A DNA stretch of 63,935 bases, the filler included, from Octopus bimaculoides (lineage: Eukaryota), in the NCBI RefSeq assembly GCF_001194135.2. It is 13 parts of 11 records of this genome, joined end to end, with 100 filler letters (N's around TTAATTAATTAA, not from the genome) between each part and the next. Parts side by side here need not be neighbours in the genome. Positions count along the whole stretch, not along the records: positions 9,826 to 27,832 come from NC_068982.1; positions 27,933 to 35,625 come from NC_068990.1; positions 35,726 to 40,474 come from NC_068984.1; 10 more parts are not named here. One strand, written 5' to 3'. The position numbers and the translations under genes are program-made. The notes beneath the pieces were generated by a model. That model saw only the letters and a program-made list of their open reading frames with translations. It was not told where the DNA came from and searched no databases. Shown piece after piece: positions 24,425-37,704 of this stretch. Each line of letters starts with the position of its first letter. Position 1 is the first letter of the stretch.

Positions 24425-24734
24425 CATGTTTGTCCGTCGGAGCAGCAAGGACCACCTAATCATCGTTAAGGATGACTGACGGTTTGCGCGGTGGCTTTGT
24501 TTATAATGAAGAAGAGTTGCGCAGAGTCAACTTCATTCTCTCGTCTTTGATCATCTTTAATCCAGTGGCAAAACCAGAACAAGAAGACTAGGGATGGAGA
24601 AGACAAATGCAGCGAATGAATAAGATATCTTCTTTGCTGCATCTTACTCTCTGAACTCCGCCATGCATTGCTGCAGCCGCCTTCATCTGCAGTGAGCCAT
24701 GAAGGTTTCTTTCGAAGAGTCCACCATCAGCGAG

Positions 24735-24900
24735 CTGGCAGAATCGTTAGCACGTTGGCAAAAATGCTTAACGACATTTCGTCCGTCTTCACTTACTGAG
24801 TTTAAATTCCGCCGAGGTCGACTTTGTCTGTCATACTTTTGGGGTCGATAAAATTAGTACCATTTGAGCACTGGAGTCGATCTTATCGACTTACCCATTG
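24735..24900 (+). mobile_element. SINE family B
   Basis: gcgagctggcagaatcgttagcacg head plus family B body. Confidence 0.85.
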
Positions 24901-25576
24901 ACCCTTGAGCCAAAATTTGAAAACACGTATTTTTAGAGAGCTATTAGTCGTAAAAAATGTAGAGTGATTAACACTAATTTATCTTGTGTCTCATTGGTTT
25001 GATTTTTTTTTAGACGAAAACTGCATTAGCATATCGTTTGATAAATTTACTCTCTCTTTGAACTTACTGCCGTTGTTGATGTTAATATTTTATCACTGTT
25101 TTCTGATAACTTTCCAATGACTGTCAAAAACCTTTCGATATGACAAAAATATTTACATTTATGTGTTGTGCTTTCCCTTACGATATTTATAGAAAATAGC
25201 CTCACACTTGTCCTCACTTGAAAATTCCCATTTATATAACTTTCAGTTTAGCACTTTCATATATCCTTCTAGATGACACACTTGTCATAAAGACTACGGA
25301 CGTATAAACAAATTGATTGTGTTCACTAATAAATATTTTTTTCTTGGGATAACATTTACACCTCAGCCACAAACCAAAATGTCGATACCAGTGAGTAGTA
25401 GTGACGATAATTTCTTTTCAGTGTAAGTATTTTTTTTATAAAAAAGTGTAGATGCGTTTGTGTGTGTGTGTGTGTGTGTGTTTTTTTTTTCGTGGCTTAT
25501 TTTTCATTCATGCTTTCAGCTAACTTCATTTTAAGTGGTGTGTTGTTTTAATTTTCTTACCATATAATTTGTATAC

Positions 25577-25610
<34 letters not shown>

Positions 25611-25886
25611 NNNNNNNNNNNNNNNNNNNNNNNNNNNNNNNNNNNNNNNNNNNNNNNNNNNNNNNNNNNNNNNNNNNNNNNNNNNNNNNNNNNNNNNNNN
25701 NNNNNNNNNNNNNNNNNNNNNNNNNNNNNNNNNNNNNNNNNNNNNNNNNNNNNNNNNNNNNNNNNNNNNNNNNNNNNNNNNNNNNNNNNNNNNNNNNNNN
25801 NNNNNNNNNNNNNNNNNNNNNNNNNNNNNNNNNNNNNNNNNNNNNNNNNNNNNNNNNNNNNNNNNNNNNNNNNNNNNNNNNNNNNN

Positions 25887-25944
<58 letters not shown>

Positions 25945-26075
25945 TTTATGAATGTGTATATATATATATATATGTATATATGTATATATGTATTGGTATG
26001 TACGTGCATATGTATATATATACTTGTATGTATATATGCATGTATGTATATATATATATATATTACACACACACG

Positions 26076-26124
<49 letters not shown>

Positions 26125-26959
26125 GTATGTATGCGTGTGTGTGTGTATGTATATATATATTACGCACACACACACATATATCTATATATATCTATATACA
26201 CACATACATTACATTATGCGCAGTCACATGAAATCATCCATAAAGTAGTCCATGAAATACTGTAAACTGACAATTACATACAGTTTCACTGTCTCCAAAA
26301 TATTACCTCATTAACCTCGTTTTTCGTATCTCCAGTGCTGTTTGAAGTTTCATTGACACATAATCATAGTTTTCATTAACTTTTAAATATATGCATTTCT
26401 AATAACTTTTGGAATTTGTTCATTTGCGGTTTGATTTTGCTGAAGTACTAGTTTCGTAAGTATTGTAACGACTAAAGCTGGTTGAAGAGACCAATTGTTC
26501 AAATGATCTCACTTATGTCTAAGTTTCAATCTCCAATTTCTAAGTTTATATTTCTATTCAATCTCCGATTTCTATTTAAGCGTGTGCACATACGTATATA
26601 GATGTAGAAATACAAACCCATACATATATAAATGCCCGTACACATACACACATCCATATACATACACACATCCGTATACATACACACATACACACATCCG
26701 TATACATACACACATACGTGTACGTATTAGGAATACTGACTGTGAGAAGTTAAAGCAGGTTGAATGTTTACACAATAGGTGACGAATACAAAACAATGTG
26801 TTTTTTGAAGTAATGTTTTTCCTAGAATTTTCAACAATGGAATCTCAAGATTCATTGTAGGAACATACATACATAGGTACATACGTACATATGTGTGAGT
26901 TTGTGTGTTTGTATGGGTTTGTGTGTGTATGTGGGCGCGCGCGTGTCCGTGTGTATGTA

Positions 26960-27832
26960 TCTATACTATAAAAGGCAAATCTACTCTGTGTGTGTGTATG
27001 TTTAAAATTCATACATTTACACAATTCAAAATTTCTTCGATTAAACAATCGCAATTAATATTCTAAATACAATAAGTTAGGTCACTGCGTCATTTTTTCA
27101 CTCCAAAAATTTCATAATAATGAATAAAATCCGTAAAACTACGGAGGTAAACATTTTCTCCCTAATAAAATCTAATTTCGTCTTTCTAATACAAATCCTT
27201 TCAACTCCTACTTTCTCTTATGAAGCTTTACGAAAATTCCAACAACAAATACAAAAAGAAAGGAAGGAGAAAAAGAAAACTATCAAAACTGAAACAATCA
27301 CATTTCGATACTGTGATGACAGATACTAAAACTACATACACAATTACTTTGCCCCTCTAAAATTAACTATTTCTATTCCTCTTACACATCGTTTCAATTG
27401 CTACTTTCTCTTATGAACGCTTACTAACGATCCAAGAAAAAAGACAAAGAAACGAAGGAGAGTGAGAGTCAAATAAACAGACACACTGCCAATCATCCGT
27501 AAATACACACATATATATGTACCTATGGTTACCAATGACCTCATTCTAATTGGCGGGAACTAAACCTTAACAGAGAAACGAAAGAAAAAGAGAGTCAAAT
27601 AAATATTTTCCCCTGTAACACAATGTCATTTCCTCTTTCTGTAACAACTTTCACCTTTTATTCCGCACATGAAATGCCACTTATACACTTACATACAAAT
27701 ACACAGATACATGCAAATACCTGTCACTTAGAAGAAGCTGCGATCAGATTCCTACATCCATTTGCGTGATGGCATCAATAATGACGCTGACCCAAGAAAC
27801 ATCGGCAAAATGTGCATTCTCCCCTCAACATA
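26960..27832 (+). mobile_element. Internally deleted Helitron with a Rep remnant
   Basis: A|TCTATACTATAAAAGG 5' end; 27732-27832 translates KKLRSDSYIHLRDGINNDADPRNIGKMCILPST, resembling the Helitron Rep segment before ILPSSFTGSPR; truncated by a gap. Confidence 0.75.
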
Positions 27833-27962
27833 NNNNNNNNNNNNNNNNNNNNNNNNNNNNNNNNNNNNNNNNNNNNTTAATTAATTAANNNNNNNNNNNN
27901 NNNNNNNNNNNNNNNNNNNNNNNNNNNNNNNNTATTGGAAACTGAAGGACTGTACAGATTGT

Positions 27963-28283
27963 ACAGTAGGTTATTAAATGATGTGGAGCAGTGTAGTTAT
28001 TTAATGTTGAAGAACAATTGGTTAATGACGGCCAAAATAGTTGGATATAAAGGCATGTGGCCTAGTAGACAGTAGGTTATTAAATGATGTGGAGCAGTAT
28101 AGTTATTTTAATGTTGAAGAACAATTGGTTAATGAAGGCCAAAATAGTTGGATATAAAGGCATGTGGCCTAGTAGACAGTAGGTTATTAAATAATGTAGA
28201 GCAGTATAGTTATTTTAATGTTGAAGAACAATTGGTTAATGACGGCCAAAATAGTTGGTTGTAAAGGCATGGGGCCTAGTGGA
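27963..28283 (+). repeat. Three tandem copies of a 106-107-bp unit
   Basis: Units start at 27963, 28069 and 28176; the last runs into a SINE head. Confidence 0.9.
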
Positions 28284-28738
28284 TGGGTGTGTGACACTCA
28301 TGGTCATAAGACTGTGGTTTCATACCCTGGATTAGACGGTGCATTGTGTTCTTCAGCAAAAGTACTTCATTTTTATGTTGCTCAAGTCCACACAGCTATA
28401 AATGAGTTCTAGTAATAACTGGGAAGTTAACTCTATGAGAGACTGGTATCTCATTCAGCTCATTCAGGGAGATTGTTGTAATCTCAGCCACTTATATGCC
28501 AGGGAAACTGAATTAAGCTCCAGCCTTATGAGTCCTTGAATTCAAGACACTACTAAGTATAAAATAGTTACCAATTCTTCATCATCATTTAATATCCATT
28601 CTCCATGCTGACATGGGTTGGATGATTTAACAGGAGCTGGCCAGTTGGAGAGCTACCTGGGCTCCGTTTGTACGTTTTTGGCATGGCTTCTATAATTGGA
28701 CACCCTTCCTAACACCAGCCACTTTACAGAATGTACTA

Positions 28739-28944
28739 GGTGCTTTTTACATGGTACTATTACCAGTGCTTTTTAGGTGGCACAAGCATCAATACTTTTA
28801 ATGTGGCACCAGTATGAGTGTTCTTAATGAGGCACCAGAACCAGTGCTTTTAATGTGGTACCAGCACAGGTACGTTTACATGGCACCAGTATGGGCACTT
28901 TCATGTGACACCAGTATAGTTGCTTTTACGTGGCACTAGCAAGT
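28739..28944. repeat. About 8x 25-26-bp minisatellite inside an RTE-tail SINE
   Basis: Consensus gtgcttttaYRtggcaccagYaY; units diverged. Confidence 0.8.
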
Positions 28945-30894
28945 AAGAGCCTACAAGACTGGGAACTCTTAGCTGAGAGGGACTGAATATGAACAAATTT
29001 TAGGGTACTTAGTTTTACGTCTTTTCATGCATGCTGTTTTACAAAGGTCTGCTTTATTTCTATTTTTCCTTGAGATACAAAACTAACATAATTACCAGTA
29101 ATATTTTGGTTTAAAATTTTGACATGCGCCCAGCAATTTCAGGGGAGTGGGTAAGTCAATTTCATCACCCTAGTACATGACTGGTACTTATTTTATCAAC
29201 CTTGAAAGGATGAAGGCCAAGTAAACCTCTGGAATTTGAACCCAGAATGTAAAGATAGACAAAATGCTACTAAGCATTTTGTCCTGTGTGCTAATGATTC
29301 TGACAGCTTGCCGCCTTAATTACCTTAATTACCGGTATTCGATGATATATTGAGAATCATTCAGTCAGCTCTTTGTTCTTTCAAAAATATTTGATGTCTA
29401 CCAAAGCAGCTTCATTTATCACAAATTACCATTTCTCATAATTCTCTTGAAATATGTTATATATAACACATATTTTTGCTTTATGTCATATTCGATTATT
29501 ACACAAGACCTCATCAAAAGCATTCAAACTATGACCAACCTGTTTCTTTTCTTTTTTTTTTCCAACATATAACTAGTATTACCTTATCTGATGAGTCTTT
29601 TTTCTAAGTCTGTAGGGTATGATTTAAGACAGATTTACCTGATGATAGCTGAATGCATAGAGGCTCCTTTGTTAGCAAGTCATCAACATCATCATCATCA
29701 TCCCTTAACATCCGTTTTCCATGCTGGCATGAGTTGGACAGCTTGACAGGAGTTAGCAAGGCCAGGGGCTGCATCAGATTCCATAGTCTGTTTTGGCTTG
29801 GCTTCTACAGCTGGATGCCCTTCCAAATACCAACCACTTTACTGAGTGTACTGGATACTTTGTATGTGGCACCATCACCACGTATTTATTTTACTTCCCA
29901 AATAATGGTGAATGAAAAACAAACCTAAGCTCACTCCATCCTAATTCTCTCTGTCCCCTGCTCAGAAACAGCTTCAAGGAACCAACTTTTAAAATACAAG
30001 ACTTTGCCACCTCTTCTCTACCTGTCTTTTACATCTTTTTAACCTTGTTTCAGTCATTAGCCAACGGCCATGCTGGGGCCACGAAGTGATCCCAGTACTT
30101 ATTTTATTAAAGACTTTTCAATCACTCTTTTCTTGCCAAACTGCTAAGTTATGGGGGGTCATAAACAAACCATCTCTAGTTATCAATCAGTGGTGTCTGG
30201 ACAAACACAGACACAGTAACACATTCACACACACACACATATATATATGATGGGCTTCTTTCAGCTTCTGTGTACCAAATCTACTCACAAGGCTTTGGTC
30301 AGCCTAAGGGATATAATAGCAGACACTTTCCCAAAGTGCCATGGAGTGAGACGGAGCCTAGACCCATGCAACTGTAAAGCAAACATCTTGCCACACTGAC
30401 ACCTGTATATATATATACACACGCCCCCCCCCCCACATATATATATATATAAAAGTCTCTTCCAGGTTTTACAAATACTGTACTGCACAATAATTCTGTT
30501 AACTCTGTAATCCACCGGCAACATAAATCCATTTCTATTCACTTCAAGCTGTTGAATTTAATCTCGCCAAGACTCACTGAAAGCTTTTACTTCTCCATTC
30601 CCATTGCACTGCAAATAGAATTTAAATGGCAGATCTTCAATGATTTTCTCAGTGTATTAGACAACTGAAGTTTATAAGCTTCAGTTGCCATAGCTGCGAT
30701 TTTCAGAGAAACACTTAGGGAGAAAAGAAGAAACTAACATGAATCAGTAGACACAAGTATCTCCAATATTAAGCATGGAACACAAAACAGTTTCCTCTTC
30801 ATTATCTGCTGATTTATGTGTTTCTCTCTATTTATGTTGGTGTTTTTCTCTGTGTGGTTCCATGGTTATTTTTTGCATTTTTGTAAGTTCGTGT

Positions 30895-30942
30895 ATGTAT
30901 GAATGAATGTATGTATCTATGCGTGTATGAGTATATGTATGT

Positions 30943-31026
<84 letters not shown>

Positions 31027-31500
31027 GTATGTATATGTGTGTATATTTGTGAATGTATCTGTATGTATGTATGTGTATGTACATATATATATGTTGTATG
31101 TGTATATCTATCCCTGCATGTATGTGTGTATATGTGTGAATGTATGTGTATGTATGTGTGTATGTAAGTATGTGTGTATGCATGTGTATGTACATATGTA
31201 TGAATGTCTGTATGTATGTACGCATATATATGTATGTAAATGTGTATGAATGTGCATGTGTATGTATGTATATGTGTGTGTATGGTTGTTTGCATATATG
31301 TGTATGTAAGTATATGTAAATATGCATGAAGATACGGATGAGTGTGTGTGTATGTATGTATGTTTGTATGTATGAGTCTGTGCATGTATATACATGTGTG
31401 TATATGTCTGCATGTATGCATGAATGCATGCATATATATGTGTATGTACGTATTTATTTATATATGTATGCATGTATGTATGCAGGTATGTATGTATATT
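30895..31500. repeat. (TG)n/(TA)n/(TATG)n microsatellite
   Basis: Low-complexity sequence. Confidence 0.95.
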
Positions 31501-32150
31501 TGTATTTTAAAAGTACTGTAGTTTGATTATTTATATCATGGGAGCAAAGGGACTTTTTTCCCCCCTAGTTTTCATTCTCACAACTAAACACAAATGCTGA
31601 TGTCTTAGCATCATTATTAATCTCTACAAAAGTATTTATTGTGTCTCTCAGAGAATGAATCACTGATTAAATTCTTGGTAACCAGCTGAGCTGACAGATC
31701 TGTAATTGATAATCCTTCACAACTAGAACTGTATTATTGCTACAGTTACAAGGACAAATGACTTTCAGGGTAGCAACTAATTAGATACAAGAAACTATAT
31801 TCTTTCTCTATAATCAGCAATAATGAAAGTGGAAGACAAAGAAAGTGCCAGCTGTTTCAATGTTTGTTATTGTTATATTTTTAACCCCATTTCAGGCTTC
31901 ATCAAGCAGGTATAGGATCAAATATTTCCTGTCTGTGATCATCCAGGCTTTTTGTATATTTAGATTACATTATATTTAGGTTCCATTTCTTAAAACAACT
32001 TATAGATTTCAATGCTTTTTTCTACCAAATCAATTCGACTTGAAAGGACTACATTATTGAATTATGAGTATTATCTAAGTATTTGAAACTGACTGAACAC
32101 CAGAAAAGGCATCTAAAGACAAGGTTGTAATGGAGGTAGTGTATAAAGGG

Positions 32151-32445
32151 TAAAGACCCCCTTTGGTCATGAAATGACCATGGGATTGCACCCAGGAAGT
32201 TCCCCTTCAAGGCACATGTCTGGGCAAGGTTGTTTATGGAAAACCAGCAGTTGCCCATCCATACCATTCCATTGATGTTATCCAAGAGAAAGGAAAATGC
32301 TGATACGGCTTGGTGCCAGTGATATCACAAATTATTTTTACAGTTAAGTGAACTGGAGCAATAGGAAATGAAGTGTCTTGCTCAAGAACGCAACACACAG
32401 TCTGGTCCGAGAATCAAACTTACTAACTCATGATTGTGACCCCAG
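32151..32445 (-). mobile_element. tRNA-derived SINE family D
   Basis: Shares ggtcatgaaatgaccatgggattgcacc.. with 38445-38610 (opposite strand) and aagtgtcttgctcaagaac with 55870-56000. Confidence 0.8.
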
Positions 32446-32661
32446 AGCTGGAGTACTTTTTTGTTGATTCTACCCTTACTGGAACTATAAAGTATAGGCA
32501 CAGGTATGGCTGTGTGGTAAAAAGCTTGCTTCCCAACTACATGGCTTTGGGTTCAGTTCCACTGTGTGGCACCTTGAGCAAATGTGTTCTACTATAGGTT
32601 TGGGCCAACCAAACACCTGTGAGTGGATTTGGTAGACACAAGTTGAAAGAAACCTGCTGGA

Positions 32662-32736
<75 letters not shown>

Positions 32737-33020
32737 GTTCCAAGAGAGTTAGAGGTTGTGAATCCAACCAACTATGGGATAATATCCAGCCAATATACTG
32801 CTGGTAGAATACCCAATTATTAATACACAAGTGTTTTTTTATTGCATGGCAATTACACTACTGAATGTAAAATATTCTGAATAAACACTACTGAATAAAT
32901 GGGTGGGTTAAAAAGTTGTTTTACCCTTAATTTATACAGCAATAAGAAAATGGAGGGGATCAAGAGGTGATATTCACCAACTTTTAAATAATATATTATG
33001 TCTATTTATTTATAAAAAAA

Positions 33021-33254
33021 AAACAATTATAATAATATACATACATGTATAACAGATTATGCTTTTCATATATAAAAATACCATTAATTATTAGAATATA
33101 TAATGTAGAACATAGAAAGTAGAATAGTTTGTTACAGCTGTAAGAAACTATTCTACTTTCTATTTTCTACATTATATATCTTAATAATTACTAGTATTTT
33201 TATATATGTAAAGCACAATCTGTTATACATGTATGTATATTATTATAATTGTTT
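33021..33254. repeat. 234-bp spacerless palindrome centred on ACAGCTGT
   Basis: Arms of 117 bp with 8 mismatches counted by hand; centre at 33137/33138. Confidence 0.95.
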
Positions 33255-34694
33255 ATTATTATAATTGCATATTACAACAGTCTGAAACCAGGAGTTGTTT
33301 ACATCGCATCTTTTTACATAAGTAGCATTGTGGCTCCACAATCAGCCATTGATAAAATAAGCCCCCAAATAAAACTGAGTATTAGAGCTGATTAAAATCT
33401 TCAAAGCTGATTCCCTAGTATGGTTGCATTTCAAAGGGGGAAACATGTGAAAGCACAAAAGAATCACACGCACACACGCACACGCACACACACACACACT
33501 CCACTCCACTCCACTCCACTCCACTCCACTAATCCCACTTATTCTGGGAGGGTTGTGTGTGTGTGTGGTAAGGAAGCTAGTGTTCTCAAGTACTTACTCC
33601 ATAGAACCCACTCAAAAGCAGCTGTCGTTATACTTTCCAGCTGGATTCCCAAGGATGACCAGGTGAGGCTATGGATATTATCAAATGGTTTCATTCTTGG
33701 TTTACCTTTAGGTCACTTACTAATTAGCTCAGCTTGAAGAAGTCATCTTGTGATTCTTTACTGCAACATTCTAATAACATGTCAGTAGTACTTGAGCTGT
33801 GACCTCCCATTATAAAGAAACATTGACTTGACCACAAGAGACGTCCTGGCCTTCAAGCTAAGAACCTTGTCAGCTAGGCATAGATGTGACTGTCTGGTAA
33901 GAAACTTGCTTACCAGCTTCATGGTTCCAGGTTAAGTCACTTGGGTATGTGTCATCTGCTATAACCTTGGATCGACTAAGACCTTCTGAGTGGATTTGGT
34001 AAACGGAAACTGAAAGAAGTCAATCATCATCATCATCATCATTATTATTTAATGTCCATTGTCTCTGCTGGCGTGGGTTGGACAGTTTGATCAGGTCTGG
34101 TAAACTAGAAGGCTGCACCAGACTCCAGTCTGATTTGACATGGTTTACGACAGCTGGATGCCTTTCCTCATGCCAACCACTCTGAGAGTGTGATGGGTAC
34201 TTTTACATGCCTCCAGCACGGGTGCCATTTACATGGCACTGGTATCTGCCACGACTGTGATTTTGCTCAGTTTGATGTGGCTTCTTCTCAAGCACAACAT
34301 AATGCCAAAGATCTCGGTCATTGCCTATCTGAGGCCCAACGTTGTGAGACCCCGTATATTCATGTGTGTGTATTTGTGTGCACGCATGTGTGTATATCTG
34401 TGTTTATCCCCCATCATGCTTGACAGCCAGTGTTGGTGTTTATGTCCCTGTAACTTAGCACTTCTGCAGAAGGTACCAATAGAGTAAATACCAGGTTTTT
34501 TTTTTTAAAAAAGCAATAAGTAATGGGGTAGATATATGTGACTAAAATGTTAATGAACTGCCCCAGCCTGGCCACAGTGAAATGACTGAAAAAAGTAGAA
34601 TATAAAAGATATAAAATAACCTACTTTACCTCAGAGATCCTTTGGAGGAATTCCATTTCAGTTGCTTGTATTTGTGATCAAACTCTTTCACTCA

Positions 34695-34881
34695 TTAACC
34701 CATTCGTTACCAATCTGTCTGAAACCGCCTCTGGCTCTGTGTACAAACCTTAGTCACAATTTATGTTCCTAAAACTATCTGAATGATAACTAAATTATTT
34801 TACTAAATTCTTTGTTATATTTAAAATTAATTGAGAGAAACACAGAGCATCTCAAAATAAATACAGTAATGAAAGGGTTAA
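34695..34881. mobile_element. piggyBac-like MITE
   Basis: TTAA-CCCATTCGTTAC ... GTAATGAAAGGG-TTAA; TTAA target duplication. Confidence 0.8.
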
Positions 34882-35285
34882 AAATCATTCATGACCAAAG
34901 GTGGGGACAAGCACAAGAACCGAACTGAAGAGAGCAAGGTTGCCTTTTTCACTAACTTTTCTTCCTCTGAGGTTCAAGTGCTTGAGTTGGCACAGTACTG
35001 AACCAGCATTTGAAATAGTAGCATTTAATTCTGCCTCCTGCTTCCCATTCCTTGTGAGTACGAACCAGAGATGCTTAAACTTTCCCACTTGATGTGCCAT
35101 GATTGACCACTATCTCCAAAAGTTTTTTAACTCTCTCTGCTTATTTCCTCATGTTCCTTTCCGGTGAAGAGCGTAGACTCGAAACATAAAAGACTTTCTC
35201 ACCTTCCTAAGCATCAAACTAATGCACCTATTTGTTGTTTATACACCTGTCTTCATCTTCTATTTGTCTATAAATTTCAACTATA

Positions 35286-35625
35286 TGGCCCAGTTGTTAG
35301 GGCAGTGGACTCGTGGTCGTAGGATCGCGGTTTCGATTCCCAGACCGAGCGTTGTGAGTGTTTATTGAGTGAAAACACCTAAAGCTCCATGAGGCTCCAG
35401 CAGGGGATGGTGGTGAACCCTGCTGTACTCTTTCACCACAACCTTCTCGCACTTTTACTTCCTGTTTCTGTTGTGCCTGTAATACAAAGGGTCAGCCTTG
35501 TCACACTGTGTCACGCTGAATATCCCCGACAACTATGTTAAGGGTACGCGTGTCTGTGGAGTGCTCAGCCACTTGCATGTTAATTTCATGAGCAGGCTGT
35601 TCCGTTGATCAGATCAATTGGAACC
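35286..35625 (+). mobile_element. SINE family C
   Basis: tRNA-like head (ggtttcgattccc); matches 10562-10921. Confidence 0.85.
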
Positions 35626-35899
35626 NNNNNNNNNNNNNNNNNNNNNNNNNNNNNNNNNNNNNNNNNNNNTTAATTAATTAANNNNNNNNNNNNNNNNNNN
35701 NNNNNNNNNNNNNNNNNNNNNNNNNAGATTCAAAGAGAGTGATTATATAATAGAGAGTAAAAGTGGGAAAACTTATATCTTAAAAAGCATATGATCATAG
35801 GTGTACTTTATCTATTTATTTATTAATACAATATTGCTTATATTATGGACTTATTTCTACTGTAATTTTTAAGATATAACTTTTCCTACTTTTACTCTC

Positions 35900-36126
35900 A
35901 AAAAAGCAACACGGATTTTAAAGGTTATTGCAGTACGCACGTTTCATGCCACTCCATTTATTTAAGTAATGCGAGCATTACATTAAATGTAAAATGCAGA
36001 GCAATCTTCAGCTGCACAATGATCCAGAAAATTTACTGAAAATTTCATTTCTGCAGAATGGACATATTTACTGTTGTGACATTTAAACAATTTAAGTGGG
36101 AAAGAAGAATACAAAAAAATCCATCT
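35900..36126 (-). mobile_element. HHR-bearing dispersed repeat, copy 2
   Basis: About 90% identical to 1410-1632. Confidence 0.6.
35929..36016 (-). ncRNA. Type I hammerhead ribozyme
   Basis: Minus strand: ugcag CUGAAGA u ugcu...ggca u GAAA CGUGCG UA cugca. Helix III ACGUGCGU is fully self-complementary with G-U pairs. Confidence 0.8.
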
Positions 36127-36709
36127 TNNNNNNNNNNNNNNNNNNNNNNNNNNNNNNNNNNNNNNNNNNNNNNNNNNNNNNNNNNNNNNNNNNNNNNNNN
36201 NNNNNNNNNNNNNNNNNNNNNNNNNNNNNNNNNNNNNNNNNNNNNNNNNNNNNNNNNNNNNNNNNNNNNNNNNNNNNNNNNNNNNNNNNNNNNNNNNNNN
36301 NNNNNNNNNNNNNNNNNNNNNNNNNNNNNNNNNNNNNNNNNNNNNNNNNNNNNNNNNNNNNNNNNNNNNNNNNNNNNNNNNNNNNNNNNNNNNNNNNNNN
36401 NNNNNNNNNNNNNNNNNNNNNNNNNNNNNNNNNNNNNNNNNNNNNNNNNNNNNNNNNNNNNNNNNNNNNNNNNNNNNNNNNNNNNNNNNNNNNNNNNNNN
36501 NNNNNNNNNNNNNNNNNNNNNNNNNNNNNNNNNNNNNNNNNNNNNNNNNNNNNNNNNNNNNNNNNNNNNNNNNNNNNNNNNNNNNNNNNNNNNNNNNNNN
36601 NNNNNNNNNNNNNNNNNNNNNNNNNNNNNNNNNNNNNNNNNNNNNNNNNNNNNNNNNNNNNNNNNNNNNNNNNNNNNNNNNNNNNNNNNNNNNNNNTATA
36701 TATATGTAG

Positions 36710-37075
36710 ACATGGTTCTGGGTTCAGTCCCACTGCGTGGCACCTTGGGCAAGTGTCTTCTACTATAGCCTCCGGCCGACCAAAGCCTTGTGAGTGGATT
36801 TGGTAGACGGAAACTGAAAGAAGCCCGTCGTATATATGTATATGTATATACATATGTGTGTTTATGTGTCTGTGTTTGTCCCTCCAACATCACTTGACAA
36901 CCGATGCTGGTGTGTTTACGTCCCCGTAACTTAGTGGTTCAGCAAAAGAGACCGATAGAATAAGTACTAGGCTTACAAAAAATAAGTCCTGGGGTCGATT
37001 TGTTCGACTAAAAGCGGTGCTTCAGCATGACCGCAGTCAAATGACTCAAACAAGTAAAAGAGTAAAAGAGAGTAG
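36710..37075 (+). mobile_element. SINE family A, young-looking long copy
   Basis: gggttcagtcccactgcgtggcaccttgggcaagtgtc...gacggaaactgaaagaagcccgtcg. Confidence 0.9.
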
Positions 37076-37641
37076 AGTATGTAGGTGGGTGTGTTTGCAT
37101 GTGTGTTTGTGCGTGTGTGCGTGTGTGTGCGTGTGTGTGTGTGTGTACGTGCGCGCCTGTGTATGTGTGTACAGTGACAATTATTGGAAGTTACTTTTGG
37201 ATAGGCTTAAATGAATTTGCAGTGAATGTCCGGCGACAAAATAATGAACTAAATACGTGGAATGATGACGATGAGAACTCTTGCCCATAGAATAATTAGA
37301 CAGCTGAACAGATTTAACTAAGTTGCACAATCCTTGGAACCATCATATCAACAAGCATATTTTGTCGCGGATTGTGGAGACATAGCTTTGCACCTACATA
37401 GCCAGAATATCCATGCGGCCAGTAACTTAAATATATGATCAGAACAGTTCATCAGTAACTCTTGAAGTCAGGCACACAGTAGCTTATAGTCTTTAAATCT
37501 AGAACCTCTTTACCCCTTCATACTTTACAGCAAATAAGTCTTACAGAATCAGCCCTCTTAATATACGCTCGCTGCTTACAGAATACATTTCTTTAGTACA
37601 ATGCATACAAGCACACATACACGCGCACACACGCATACTCT

Positions 37642-37704
<63 letters not shown>

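Noticed and set aside
25069-25121. 53-nt minus-strand exon candidate with a GTAAGT donor
   Set aside because: A short open frame is expected by chance, and no phase-compatible partner exon was found.
28739-28944. CRISPR-like appearance of palindromic short repeats
   Set aside because: No unique spacers, no cas genes, eukaryotic SINE context.
31855-31910. UUGAUGA...GAAACAGCUGGC on the minus strand
   Set aside because: U16.1 is missing and helices I and II do not pair; at best an unrecognisable relic.
37190-37290. YFWIGLNE...WNDDDENSC resembling a C-type lectin fragment
   Set aside because: Motif spacing is too short, there is no credible splice acceptor, and it follows a microsatellite; probably chance.
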